In this document: piece after piece, positions 28,184 through 40,909 of the stretch
How positions within the stretch are numbered: the stretch's first letter is position 1
How the letters are laid out: each line of letters starts with the position of its first letter
NCBI GenBank assembly: GCA_002633005.1
Contig: NMRA01000374.1
Span: forward strand, 213,252 to 277,251
Source of the DNA: Phoronis australis
Lineage: Eukaryota; Animalia; Phoronida
Direction: 5' to 3'
DNA: 64,000 bases
The notes under the pieces: model-generated
The model's input: only the letters and a program-made list of their open reading frames with translations
The model's database searches: none
What the model was told of the DNA's origin: nothing
Translations under genes and position numbers: made by a program

Positions 28184-28854
28184 TTAAATCGTACAAAATG
28201 CTTATGGTATTAAAATTGAATACAAGGTCGTTTTGAACTATGGCTTCCATTCTAGTTGTACAACACTGATCTGATCACTGTGCTATGAGTAAAAGAAGTA
28301 AGAAACTCTTTTCATAGGTAGAGCTCCAACCCCAGCGAAAGATTCAGATCAGTCCCTTCGTTCCCGGTCACCTGCCCTCCCCGACATCAATCCTCATCAT
28401 ATTTTGTCCTGATCGGCACCCATTCTCCGCAGCCGGTTTCTGCCCCCTAGTAATTTGTTCACTATTCTCGACAAGCTAGTTGAAAGTGAAAAAAAATCTT
28501 AAGCCACCTTGACGTTAACCTTGGTACAAAGCTGTATATAAATATACATGTATTTTGACGACAGTCTTCATACAACTAGCCGGCTGGCTACCTTGATGTC
28601 AAAGGTGAGCTTTCTCCGTTTCAAAACCGTATGTACGTACATGTATACTTATACGATAAGGAGCATGTGCGTTCGGTATCATTTTTAATAACTATTGGTT
28701 ATGTTTTCTGATTCGGCTCTGGCCAAAGTTGACTCATGTCAAATGAATAAAACGCGGAAGTTAGACGTGACGTATACGCCGTGTTTTATGTAATTTATGA
28801 AGAATGGAGAACAAGAAGATATGTGTTGTAGAATTCAAACGAGACGATAATTAC

Positions 28855-29230
28855 CTTCCACCAGCCATTTTCGTCAACCACAAATGTCCAAACTCCGTTT
28901 TTCTTGTACTCTATGAAATACGAAGTAACAAAATTCTCTCTTTGTGCCGAATCTCCTTTGGTCACAATCCCTGTCACATTTCTAACCTGACCAAGGTCAA
29001 ACAGTATCCATTGAACATGGTTCAATACTTCCGGAGACCATCCTCCGCTTTTCGATTCATTTTTAGCTCTATATATACGAGCCCTACTCGGTCCCGTATT
29101 TGAATTTAGAGAGCTCGACACCGTGATGTTCTGGTCAGGTATGGGTTGATCCCCTGAGACGAGCAGTTTGGTGCAAGGGTGGGCATTGATATCCTCAATT
29201 TTCAACATTCCGTTCCGTTCTTGCAGAGAC
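28855..29230 (-). CDS. Main exon of an F5/8 type C (discoidin) domain protein
   Basis: Acceptor ..TTATAG| at 29230; HPCTKLLVSG..IPDQNITVSS..PSRARI..GGWSP..QWILFDLGQVRNVTGIVTKG..FVTSYFIEY; phase-0 donor AAG|GTAATT at 28855 joins in frame to the exon at 20800. Confidence 0.88.
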
Positions 29231-29520
29231 CTATAATTTCAAAATAAATAGTGCATATGAGGTCTATAATTCTCTTCACCGAAACAGCAATCAGGTTATT
29301 GTTGCTATCCATTTAAGAAAGCTTATAGTTTGACGACTAGTCTATGTATTTACCCAAATATCCACAAAGCTGTTAACTCAATAAAGGTATATATTTTCTC
29401 AAAGTAAAAAGTTTTTATAATTTGAAGTTTGACTTCCACGTTCTAGTTTTTTTAAAACGTGAAGCGTCGCGAGTTGTATTCACTATAGAGACTCAATGCC
29501 ACTAGCGTGTGAACACTCAC

Positions 29521-29600
29521 AGCAGCGTCCAAATGAAATGACAAGAACAGCTTCAATACATGTATGTAGTTGTGTTTTTATGGTGACCAGATGCAGAATT
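29521..29600 (-). other. Putative upstream exon of the discoidin gene (5' UTR or disrupted leader)
   Basis: Strong donor CT|GTGAGT at 29521; in the spliced frame it reads MY*SCSCHFIWTLL-SLQERNG. Confidence 0.4.
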
Positions 29601-30237
29601 TCTCGTTCACTGCAGACCAAACAGTGAAATCTATTTCAGTCTAGGACTGTCTTGGAATATTCTTCAAAGACAAATAAATGAGGCACTTTTTGGAAACTAG
29701 TATACAACCAACAGATATCCACAATCCTTGCACAAACAAAGCAATCGGGATATGACTGAGGAACAGAATGTCCCTTCCGAGGCGACGCTTGCATAATTAA
29801 TTAGAGCCCGGGAATTAAATTAAACTTGGAAATTTAACTAGGATAGCCAGGAAACCGCAATTAAATAAGAATTACATTAAAAGGGATTGCCCTTCCCTTT
29901 ACGGAACCCTTCCTGAACTGGTGCATAGGGAGGTCAGGTCGAAGAAATCGACGATAGGCAGCTTATAATCGCATTGATTGAACTATTGAACTAAGTGATG
30001 ATTGCTCATTGTTTTGTAAAAAAGTTTCTGAATGACTGCAAACTAGATATCCTTTCCAAAACATCATCGATTTTTTTACCATCCAAAAGCCGTTTCTCTA
30101 CAATTTTTGGATAAAATACTGCTAGCTGAACGAGTAATTGACAAGCAATCAAAGGCCCAACCATAGCCCCTTGCATGAAGTACTTACAAAATGCAATTAT
30201 GCAATAAAACAGTTACTGAATTTCACACTCATTTAGC

Positions 30238-30308
30238 ATGTTGGTTTTCAGACCCAAAATGCAATAACGCCTGGGTTATCATCCCGTTTGGGGTCTGTAA
30301 ACCAACAT
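30238..30308. repeat. ~22-bp inverted repeat/hairpin, possibly the end of a non-autonomous Crypton-like element
   Basis: ATGTTGGTTTTCAGACCCAAAA ... TTTGGGGTCTGTAAACCAACAT, followed by TTGACCTCGGTAGAAATCAACAAT. Confidence 0.5.
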
Positions 30309-31417
30309 TTTGACCTCGGTAGAAATCAACAATTGTACGCTGTATATGGTCACTTTTGATTGGCTAATGGAACATCACTCGTCTCTAGGGAGCATACATT
30401 TTAATCAGTTGTGTATTCCGTACCTTGAATTCCGAATGAACGATAAACTGCTCTTATAGAACCGGTGTATTACTATCTCACTGGAACGAGGCTTGAACAG
30501 CGCGAGGAAATGTTTCATTCAAATCGCTACAGCAAAACTGAAGCTGATCGCATGTACCAAGTTAGCTAGTCAAAACAATGTATACTTGTATACTGTAATT
30601 AAAATATCGTGCACTGAATTGGCTCTTTCCGTATTCAATGGCGTAATTCACAGCGTATTCCATGACCGTAATCCCAAGGGATTATTCCTCTTCTAACAAT
30701 CCCTACTGGTATTTCTTGGCACATGCATATGCCATGGACTTATACGTGTACCTCGCTGGTTCCCTGCGTGCTTAGCCCAGTGGCACGTGCTTTAGCATTG
30801 GTCGATGTATTTTTACAACACCGTGAAAAAATGGCGGACTGTGAACGATTTTTAGCATTGTCATGCAAGTGGCGTCGCTGCAACTATTCCGTTTCTGCAG
30901 TGATGGTTAATAACCGCGTGCTTGAATCACATATATGTACAATAAACACATGTCTGACCGATTTAACCGGTGTGTTAGTCATACCGTATATATTCCGCTG
31001 GACTTATATACAGAAATCTACGGTGGATCTTCTTAAACTTTAAACCATGAAAATTTCATTGAGACAGTTTTGTTCTACTAACATGTTCAACTAATATTCC
31101 TTTCATGCAAGTCGGACAGTACGTTCGCGTTTAAGGCGTTATTGCAACAAGTAAGTGTTGTTTTGATTTTTGTTTGGTGTTTCTATATTTTATTTTGTCA
31201 TGTATTCCCCTTTTCAGATAGTCACTGTTATTCTTCAACAACATTTCTGTACTTATCATCAGACTTCAGTAAACTCGCGACTGTTCATACTTAAAATGTT
31301 AGCAGCAGAAGTGTGTTGTGTTCATAAGCAGAGACCTGTGGGAAGAACTATTTTCCGTAACTGTAGCAAATATATGACGCAATGAAATGAAAACGGTCGA
31401 TATGGATGGATTGTAAT

Positions 31418-33786
31418 GGGGCTATTCGGAGAATTCTCCTCGCGGTGTCGCTGCTGTACTAGTGGTGATTGAATTGCGCATGCGTGGCTGTCTGCATGTA
31501 AACAACTGGTAAAAGATGGAATTTTTATCAAAATACGTCGTCGCGCTAAGCTAATTTCCCTGGTGCAAGTCTTCGACAGGTGGCCACAAATTCCCAAAAG
31601 ACCTAAGGTTACTATATTCGTGGACAATTGCGGTCAACAGGGTCAACTAACTGACAAAAAGTGTGTGGATGCTGAAGCCCCGTGCGTGCTCCATGTCAAT
31701 GACTATGCAGTTCCATTCGGAGACTACACAACATTACTTTGTAAGTTTTTAGCAATCAGTTTCTATCAACATCGTTCGGTGATGTTATCCCCACCAGTTA
31801 CCCCACTGAATAACAGTTTTATTGAGTGGAACTAAGTGTTTCTTTTTGGAAACTCACCCGATGCCGGATAGGCTAGCAGCACATATTCATATNNNNNNNN
31901 NNNNNNNNNNNNNNNNNNNNNNNNNNNNNNNNNNNNNNNNNNNNNNNNNNNNNNNNNNNNNNNNNNNNNNNNNNNNNNNNNNNNNNNNNNNNNNNNNNNN
32001 NNNNNNNNNNNNNNNNNNNNNNNNNNNNNNNNNNCACATTTCTCCAGGGCCACTGACTTGCACATTGTGCCATGCAGCACTGCTGGTGTGTGGAAGTGCT
32101 GTGGGAAGAGAACAGAGTAACAAAGCTTGTCTATGATACAGCTTGAAGTGGCCTTAAAATGTCACTGAACCTGGAACAAATATTGAAGTATGAATAATTA
32201 AGTACTCCAGGTTGGGTCAAAAATGTTATCCCTGTTTTTCAAAAATATATGGTGATTGGTCTACAGTTTCACATAAAAGTAAATAATTACTATTTTCAAA
32301 AACCAAGGGTGTATATAATGAGTATTGCATAAAACTGTGTCTTTATTTTTTATCCCTAGCCATAACAATTCTTTAAACGCATCACTTGTCTGTTTTTTGA
32401 GACAACTTCAAACCTTTGTTACCCATTTTCAAGCCTTTTTAATTTTGATACTCTCAGCAACTTTAAACTCAGATTACAGGTTCATGGGTCTGTTAAGCAT
32501 TCTAGCCTAAGGTTGAGGGAACCGTTTTTCTTCTAAAAGAAGATATAAAGACTTGGGTCATTTAAAAATGATGGATAATCTTTCTGTTGATTAAGAGTAA
32601 GTACAAATCGTAAGGCACCATCAAAAATGCAATTTTCACAAAAATGGCAGTCATTTGAATTTATAACGACTTGCAACATTTCAAGGCATGAGTTAAGACC
32701 ATTCAGTCACTGTGAATTCGGAAAATGTAATATATTTTCGTGGTTTTACAATTGATAAAAGTAGCAAAACAGCTTCATGAAATCAACTTGGAGGGACTTC
32801 GTGAAGGTTAAGAATTACCTCACCATGCTCTTTTCCCCAAACATGTATTACCTGTTATTTCCACACATTCAGTTGTACCAAATATTGCAACCCCCCATGC
32901 CAATCCCCCCTCGGGACCTGAATAAGTAATTTAACAAAATGACTAAAAATAGCTGTTCCTTTTCAAAGGCTTTGTTCGCTGTCTCCAATATTGGAAGTAG
33001 GCTTTGACAACAGATCTCCACTGGATGGGAAGATCTTGTTGGTTAGCTGCAGTCAAATGCTAAAAACCAATTTTTGTCCATTCAGGGACGGTGCAGAAGC
33101 GATGCATACATGAACATGTATCTCCTCTGCACGGTACAGTGTACAATGTACAAGCCTTCAATCCTAAAAACCAAAGGTTACGTGAAAACTGACGTGATTT
33201 CCATTTCAACGTGTAATAGATTTCCAGAAGACAGATAATAGGGAGTAAACAAATAATCTAATGCAATGGATATTTATCACTTACGTACCCTTTGCCATTG
33301 GGATTGGATTGTAATCTTAACTCATTAACCTGTATCGAGTTGACAGCATAAACATTCAGCATTGATTGATGCAACTGTCACTGATAAACTTTAAGAAATC
33401 ATTCCAAACAATAATAATGCTTTGATGTACGAAAAGATCCCGATTTCTACGTCAAGTATCGTATCATATCACAACATACAAAGATTAACCAGACTCTGGC
33501 TGGCGACTGACTGCCGCGAAGTCAACCTCGGCGAGTGCCTCAGTTAACAGGCATCGGTAGAATAATCATGGAATAATCTTTAAAATAATCAAAAACCTTA
33601 CCTTTGTATGAGGTCGTGCTTACTTCCTCTCATAGAAGCACCCTTTTTACGCAATCTCAGATTCAGTTGGCACGGCTGCAAGCCATTTCACCATGTATTT
33701 AAAGGGCTCGCGAAATCGAGGCTGTTAATCTATCACCACTAGTACACGCACGCCCTCTAGTTATTGTAGATTTTCCGAATAGCCCC
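31418..33786. mobile_element. ISL2EU/Harbinger-like element with convergent THAP and SAP-domain gene relics
   Basis: AT|GGGGCTATTCGGA..TGTACTAGTGGTGA inverted at both ends with AT TSD; plus-strand THAP relic CKSSTGGHKFPKDLRLLYSWTIAVNR (~31560-31710); minus-strand SAP-like exon VKWL..KKGASMRGSK*DLIQ|GTAAG (~33695-33600); contains an N-gap. Confidence 0.75.
31893..32034. other. Assembly gap (N run); further gaps at 36757-36808, 45867-45953 and 55998-56093
   Basis: Runs of n in the sequence. Confidence 0.99.
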
Positions 33787-35494
33787 ATTGGTTAAGTATA
33801 GGTTAAGAATGAAAATTAAGTATTCATGTAAAAATAGGAGACCGGTTCTTGAATTGCCTGGTTTACGTCATTCATGAGTTCACGCTGTCTCAAATTGAAT
33901 GCTTTCGCTTTTCTTTTCAGGTCGTCACTAGTCGATTCTTCTAACAGTCGTGATCTGCCCAGTAGCCTATCGTATCAACGTGCGCAACAACGGTTTTGGC
34001 AGGGAGGGGTGCACCTAGCAGACTCCATTAGAATTAGTGGCACAACAAAGTCAACATTTTTGTGCAGCAGGAAGCCGGGAGGGGGGTGGCGTAAATGAGT
34101 AGTGACTGAGGGAGACTGAGCTTTGAAAAATTGGTGACGACCGTGGACGGCGCTAAACTGGTGACGACCAGAAGAAACGGCCCTGTTATCTTCCACGCAG
34201 ATTTTCAGAAAATGTTAACGAGTATCAGTTTCATTTCATCCACTAACAGATTCCACAAGTCAGAGTTTTCACTGTGGTTAAAAAGGTAAGCGAGCCCAGA
34301 CGTGTTAAGTCACCTCAGTTGCATGAAGACGCGCACGTGTATCACTGAGTTAACATCGGGTGTTTCAAAGGCTGTGGATGAGAAAGGTTTTAATTGTAAA
34401 AAACGGTTGGGTGAATTTGGTGTTGGTAGCATTTGAAATTGCATTCGCTTTCTAGACAACGCCCTTATATATACATGTACAATATGTTAGTTGATCGTGT
34501 CTTCTGAGCCGCGCAGCACTGTACTAGTCGACGCATTCCCTCATGATTGTCTTTGTAATCTATTTTGGGTAATTGTTCATTCGACGTTTTCGTGTTGAAA
34601 CTGAGCTTTCAGTTAATATTGAAATAAACGTGTCAGAGTTAAATTGCGTTTCGGTTTGTAACCAGCAGACAATACATGGATACGTTTAACAAACATAAAC
34701 ATATATTATGTTCTCGTCCTTGTTGATCACTTTCTTCATTGAACTCGTTCCCACATCCATTACTGTTACGTTTAATGCAACATTCGTTAAAATTGAGAAA
34801 GCGCATGTTTTGATGGTCGGGAACCCTCTTTGTGCGTCGAATACGCAAGTCCAGCTTTTTTTGGGAAACCACGCGCAGACCATTTGAGTCTCATTTACCT
34901 GCAATTATACTGCTATCAAATGACCGAGCCAGCAATGTTGATTATAATACCGCTCATTGGAATAATGTACATGTACACCCAGGAAATTCGGACACTAGCG
35001 GAAACCCAAATTTGGAGGTCCTCCAAATTCGGACACCACAAAAATGATGTTTCGCGACATTTGTCCAAGAATGAATTTTTTTTCAATTGGAATTAATTTT
35101 CAGTGTCTGAAAATCGCGCGACTTTACTGTAATATTATTTTCAATGTGCAGTACCAAAACATTGCAATCCAAAACCAGAATCTTTATTTCACAGTAGACA
35201 TGCACATTTTGTACACTAACATTTATAAACAACTCACACACATTTCGAACCACGCCAGGAGCACATCATTTACATGTACCAACAAAAATGTAGCAATGAC
35301 AGGAGTACTTGACCATTGAGCAGTAAGTGACCACTCGAAGTGATGACGTCGGTACCCGGTACGCAAGGACTTAGTGTTAAGCAACGAGCAAAATTTTATA
35401 GTGGGATAACAATTACTATTAAATACAAACTTTTGCGTATTATGTTGAAATGTGGACGCTTACCTCTTGTTACCATCAACAAAAACTTGTTATG

Positions 35495-35750
35495 TACTCC
35501 ACACATAAACAAATTGTTGAGAAAGATAAGCAGATTCTGTGGTGTTCACAATAACCTAAATCATCTCTTGCCCTTTGAAACTTTGAAAACTGTATATAAT
35601 AGTCTTGTCCTTCTTCATTTTAATTATGGCATTCTGCTATGGGGGTATGAACATAATAGAATATTCAAATTACAGAAAAAGGTTACATTACCTCTAGTTA
35701 TTCTAATGCCCATACAGATCCTTTATTTAAGACTACACACATTCTTAAAG
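35495..35750 (+). mobile_element. CR1/L2-type LINE RT C-terminal fragment
   Basis: HINKLLRKISRFCG..LKTVYNSLVLLHFNYGILLWG..IFKLQKK..AHTDPLFK. Confidence 0.75.
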
Positions 35751-35759
35751 AAAACAAAA

Positions 35760-36430
35760 ACGGTTTTAAGTAGACTTGACATGTTTCGGTGTCATTTATT
35801 CTAACACCATCATCAGAAGTGAGAATACAGTGGCCACCTAGCTAGGCCCAGCAACAAGTAATGAAGCACAGATACAGTCAATTACAGGTAGTGACAAGAA
35901 CTAGACCAACAATGACAATCTGTGAAGTGTCAGTTGCCTATAGTTCAGATTGGGCTTGGACCAACTGATGTGTAGAGCCTCACGAATTTTAAGCTCCTTT
36001 GTTGTTACTGCCTGGTCTATTAGTGCAAAGTCATTGAAAGAGCATTGCTGATAACAGTGATTGGAGCTCTGTAGGTGAATATTTACGTGCGAATTTCTGT
36101 CAGAATTTAGATTTCCTTGGTCCCGGTTTTCAAATGGCGAACAGTTTTGCCTATATAACTGGAGCCACATCCAGCACAGATAAATTTGTATACTACCCTG
36201 TACCGTAGACCCATAGGAATTTGTCCTTGGGGTTAAATAAATTTAACAGTTTTAGAGACTTGAATGTTAATACACCTCTTAGGTTCACAAAGTAAGCATT
36301 CACCAATTTGTTGAGTTTTCGTTGAGCAATCTTGGCGTACAACCCAACAGAGGGTATTTTAAAGTACTTGTAGTTAGTTTTGTCTACAGGATGAACATCA
36401 TCAGGGTTACGTTGGAGTCTTGCTTTCAGT
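35760..36430 (-). mobile_element. Penelope-like element 3' fragment (GIY-YIG endonuclease tail)
   Basis: SDRNSHVNIHLQSS..C..CSFNDFALIDQAVTTKELKIREALHISWSKPNLN; upstream YKYFKIPSVG; adjacent hammerhead ribozyme. Confidence 0.8.
35774..35820 (-). ncRNA. Minimal type I hammerhead ribozyme (Penelope-associated)
   Basis: actt-CTGATGA-t-ggtgt(..)acacc-GAAAC-at-GTC-aagt: complete core, 4-bp stem I, 5-6-bp stem II, palindromic ACATGT stem III. Confidence 0.8.
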
Positions 36431-38593
36431 ACCCTATTGACTATCTCGAAATGTTGATGTAGTGCGTTTAAAGTCCTTGTTGCAAACTGCCCATGTGGTT
36501 CTAGTATCCGAAAATACTTACTACATAAATTCTTATTTTCGACACCCTTTCTTTATATTCTTTTCGCCTTTCTTGCCAAAAGCGATTTTTTAACAGTATT
36601 TGACTCTTCTCTCTGAGCGTATGATTACCGGTTGTCATCGGTTATTTCCGTACCCACATTTCCGGCTCATCAGTTCAGGAACTTGTCCTGAACGCCGCCA
36701 TTTTTTCCTTGTAACTGAATGTGCTACGGCTTGCTCGAAAAGTCTTCATTATTTTGNNNNNNNNNNNNNNNNNNNNNNNNNNNNNNNNNNNNNNNNNNNN
36801 NNNNNNNNTGAATTGTACTTCCGGGTTCGCGGCAAGTTCAAAATGGCGGTGTTTCTTCGGGTGCGAATCGTGAGTGGCGCGTTCATTTAAACTGTTTTCG
36901 AGTACGGATCGTGTATTAGTTATGGGGTAGGTACTTCTTGGAGCCTTATAACATCTTCTAACCATGTAATAAGGGTTAACAACGCGTGAGAGAAGGACTT
37001 TAATGATCTCCACACTGCCTTTACCGTCTAGGCTGAAACTGCTCGCCACCAACGAAAGTCAAGCACGCGACCTATTCGAATGTAGGGGCTACGCTCAATT
37101 GCTAAAAGATGGTGGGCTGCGCCTACGCCCCACTACAGGTCTGCTGTAAATACGTATACGATAATATACTGTGCGTAAATAAAAACGTCGTGCGAAGATT
37201 GGACTAAATGAGCGTGGTATCGTTATCAATGACATTTTACTTGATGTGAATTTTCAAAATGAAACCCCATAAAGGCTGTCACTGTTTCTTAAATTATCTT
37301 TTCGACTTTATTTGTGCAATCTTAGATGAAATTTATAATCCCTTGAAAATTATCTTTGTCTTAAAAAGGCATGGAACGCAAAAGGTCCTCAAAATATCTT
37401 TTAAACAACTAATAACGAAGGCAACATCTCACGACGTCCACTACACAATGTTTTTCGCTTTCCCCTGACAAGGAATTTCCACAAAATTCACGATTTTTGT
37501 AACACGTGCGAAGGAAAAACTTCGTAGTCTCCACACAGTTTCTAATCATCCTCCCACTTATGATAAATGCGTGCAGGCGCTCACAGTCAGTCAACAAACA
37601 GATGACTGATAAGAATGACATAATGGTAAATTATCGTGTGTGACGACACCAAAGTATGAGGCAAGACAATGAAGCAAGAGATTTCAAATGTATTTTAGAG
37701 CACATTTGAATACTGCGATACTTTTGTAACTAATTTTAAACGTCAGTTGCCTTTTAATCGGACTGATGCTTGACGTCGCCATTGGTTTGTTTACATTAAA
37801 TGTTAATTGTCACATTGTCTATATCAGGAAAGGTGCTAAGTCTATCTCTCGCCATATCGAATAAGGAGACGTGTTTTGCCTTGTCTGGGGAAAATCAACG
37901 AAGTGACGGTCAGCTGACAGATCGCTTTTTTGAAACTAAAAGAAAAATACTTTGATGTAAACAGAAGTTCAAGAGCTTTACGAGCAAACCGTAAAAATGT
38001 CTGGTGAACACTGAATTCTGTTTCAGTGACAGAGAATGAATTTAGTCTGTTTTTCCGCGTTCCAGGCTTCTTTAAGCTTTTGCTACAACACTGCAAAAGT
38101 GAAATGAACAAAAAATTCTCCATATGGCCTGTCTGAAAAGAGTTTAGTTTGAATTCAATCAATCATTATGAAAACTCGATGTTCCGCAGTAAGACAAAAC
38201 GTGACATTTTTCTAGGGCTACTTATAACCTCGCACACCGTTGTATCTTTGGTTTACACTTACTTTTTTGATGTGACTCGTGAACGCTTTCTTTAATTCTG
38301 AATATGAATATGAAAAATATCAAGTTGTATCAGTTACGACGTTTTGGCTTTTCTAAAAATCGCAATAGTCTGTATGTATTTTTGCAGACCTCAAAACGCC
38401 ACTTACATGACTTGGTCCGAGTATCGGGTTCATAAATTACTTTTGCAATACCCTTACGGTACATCAACCATGTCACTATTTACTGAGTTTGGAGTTACCT
38501 TGACAGCAGCAAAACATTATTCATTTACTCCAATATATTAACCGACCTACAATTTGTACAATAGGAAGCTAACGAGGCAAATGATAACGGTGT

Positions 38594-38640
38594 TCATGAT
38601 CAACGTTTCGATTTAATACTTAAATCATCATCAGGTATGA
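38594..38640 (-). ncRNA. Second minimal hammerhead ribozyme-like motif
   Basis: tcatac-CTGATGA-t-gatttaa(gta)ttaaatc-GAAACGTT-gatcatga: perfect 7-bp stem II, palindromic AACGTT, imperfect stem I. Confidence 0.6.
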
Positions 38641-38779
38641 CTCATGCTCTACATCAATTCACAATAACAATCAACTTTATACCAACGTGCATGATACAAG
38701 AGACAAGTAGAGAGACATCCAGTGAAATGGACTCAGTTATCAACTACCACAACTAAAGGTTGAAAGGACCAATGTTCCT

Positions 38780-39790
38780 ATTCAAGCTATGATTTATTGA
38801 GACATATACACATGGCCATAGGCCCCAAGTATATCATGTAGACAGAACATTGTTAGGTGCCACGTTTCAAACTGCATAATACATTATGACGCTTGAGAGG
38901 GTGATGGACGAATTTAATAAGTAGGTTATCTGGAGTTCTCATGAGAGAATCAAATTTAGATGTCGTGGGAGAATGACAAAACGATCACTTAAGCTCTTAA
39001 CCCGAAGGTCTTGGTACGCACTACAAACTAACACAACGTGGTATTCGTCCTCCACACACCCAGAATTACATAATTCACACAACCTGTTTTCATAGGGAAT
39101 ATTTGTATGGCGACCTCTTTCCACTAGTAACGAATGATTTGAACATCGCAATCGAGTCAGAGACTGGATAAAAACACGAGGGATACCAACCATTTCTAGA
39201 TAATTCTCAGGATGATACATTGTTTTGTACCCTACATAGTAAGGCAGTTTTGGGTTACATTCGATATCAGTTTGCCAACCTTGCAAATAACAGTCGTTGA
39301 CACGTTGAGAAAAAACAGTCAAGAAATACGGTTGATTTACCACACCCTGATTAATCCATACATCTGAAAAGACATACACAGACAAAAGTTTCCTTACGAA
39401 ACTTGCCCAATTATAAGAAAATCTTCCGATCAGGTCCGACTGAAAAAGCATATCATATGCAGCTTTTACCCCACGATTACTAGGCATCTCCAGTATTTTG
39501 AACCAGTATTTTATACAAGAAACAAAATATTTAGTAGACAATGGGGATCGACCACATTCTCCCATAATTGCCGAGTTTGAACAACAACTGCCTACTCCTA
39601 AAATGCGTTCACAAAACTTGATATGTACATTTTCCAATTGTTCATATTCCTTAAAGCCCCATATCTCATCACCGTAACACAGAGAGGGGTAAACTATTTT
39701 ATCGAACAAGTGAAAGGCTATTGACCGGGGCAGATCACGACATCTTCGCTTTAATTTGCTTGACTAGATAAGGCTTTAATGGCTTTGGTC
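38780..39790 (-). mobile_element. 5'-truncated CR1/L2 (Crack/Daphne-like) LINE 3' end
   Basis: 256-aa ORF FDKIVYPSLCYGDEIWG..HIKFCERILGV..GECGRSPL..RLRCSNHSLLVERGRH..CELCNSGCVEDEYHVVLVC; AATAAA on the minus strand at ~38793. Confidence 0.85.
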
Positions 39791-39869
39791 CACGAAACTT
39801 TTGGAGTAATAAGTAGTCTAAGGTATTCTCACCTATACTCAGCCTGCAACTCATTGATGTGCAAGGCTC

Positions 39870-40080
39870 CACGTATTAACAGCTTGGTCCTATTCATATC
39901 ATGGTCTAGAATTTTTACATTATTAAAAGGTATACAATAGTTTGATTCTGTTGAGTGGTTGAATAAACACTTGGCATCTTTGGAATGTTTTTTCCGTTCT
40001 TAAGAATCCTCTTTGCCACACCAACGTAAATTTCATTACAGTCCTTGCAACTGATCATATAGAAAACTGTTTTGCTTAAT
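39870..40080 (-). mobile_element. Penelope-like GIY-YIG fragment
   Basis: KTVFYMISCKDCNEIYVGVAKR matches the VY.I.C..C...YVG motif. Confidence 0.55.
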
Positions 40081-40909
40081 GACGACTTAAGCTATCAAAT
40101 CAAAACAGTTACGTTGATCATGAACACCGCTATCACTTGCGTCGCTTGCTTCCTATTATACATTTGGCCAAAACTAATGTCGTCATACAGTACAATTCTG
40201 ACTTATAATTGCTATTTAGTTATCATCGTTATTCTAGCAAAAATTGCGAAGGACTTGATTGAAAAACAAAGGAATTCGTTTTTGTTTACCTGGCGTGCAG
40301 GTTTTCTTGCTTCTCGTATGCTGCCTCATTCTCATCAAACCCATTCTCCTCTACCAAGGGATGACTAACGACTAAGACGGCCAAGAAAAGGATGGTGACA
40401 GCGTTTCTCATAAGCATGATAGGCTCTGTAGCAGACTTTCAGGTTGTCTGACGAATGCTGAATGGTATTGCGGTAAATGCAAGGCGGCCTTTATACGATT
40501 TTGTGACACAATGGTCATCACTCACATGGAAAATGTCCGTACATTAGCCCAGCCCACTACACGCCAGGTGGACGTAGGCTGCACAAGTTGAAGTTGTCAC
40601 ATGATGGTAGCGTATTGTCGGTAATAGTTAGTTTTATAGATACCTTATTTGATAACCAGTTAGTACCACTAGAAACAACGGTTATTATTCTGTGGGTATT
40701 ACCCACCAGCCCGCACGCCGAATTTGGCGGGCAACATTTGCCACGGTTTCGTGCACCAGTCGATAACTTTGGGTAAATTCCCAAAGAAGTTAGGAACTCT
40801 ATTGTTTCCCAGCTTAACAACCACTTCATTTTTGTTGACGTTTGTTGGTATTACTCATAGTGGTGAAATGGCGTAACCACCAGTCACTTTCGACTTCAAA
40901 TGACATGAA

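Noticed and set aside
29545-29565. In-frame TGA as selenocysteine in the discoidin leader
   Set aside because: The position is in a putative signal peptide and no SECIS was recognised; a nonsense change or UTR is more parsimonious
31822-32136. ORFs spanning N runs (also 36600-37052, 45834-46043, 55906-56240)
   Set aside because: Artefacts of translating across assembly gaps
36630-36680. CTGATGA..GAAA on the minus strand, a possible hammerhead
   Set aside because: No credible stem II or stem I pairing
36900-37052. GSVEIIKVLLSRVVNP resembling an ankyrin repeat
   Set aside because: Single partial match, no PLH motif, and no clear splice sites
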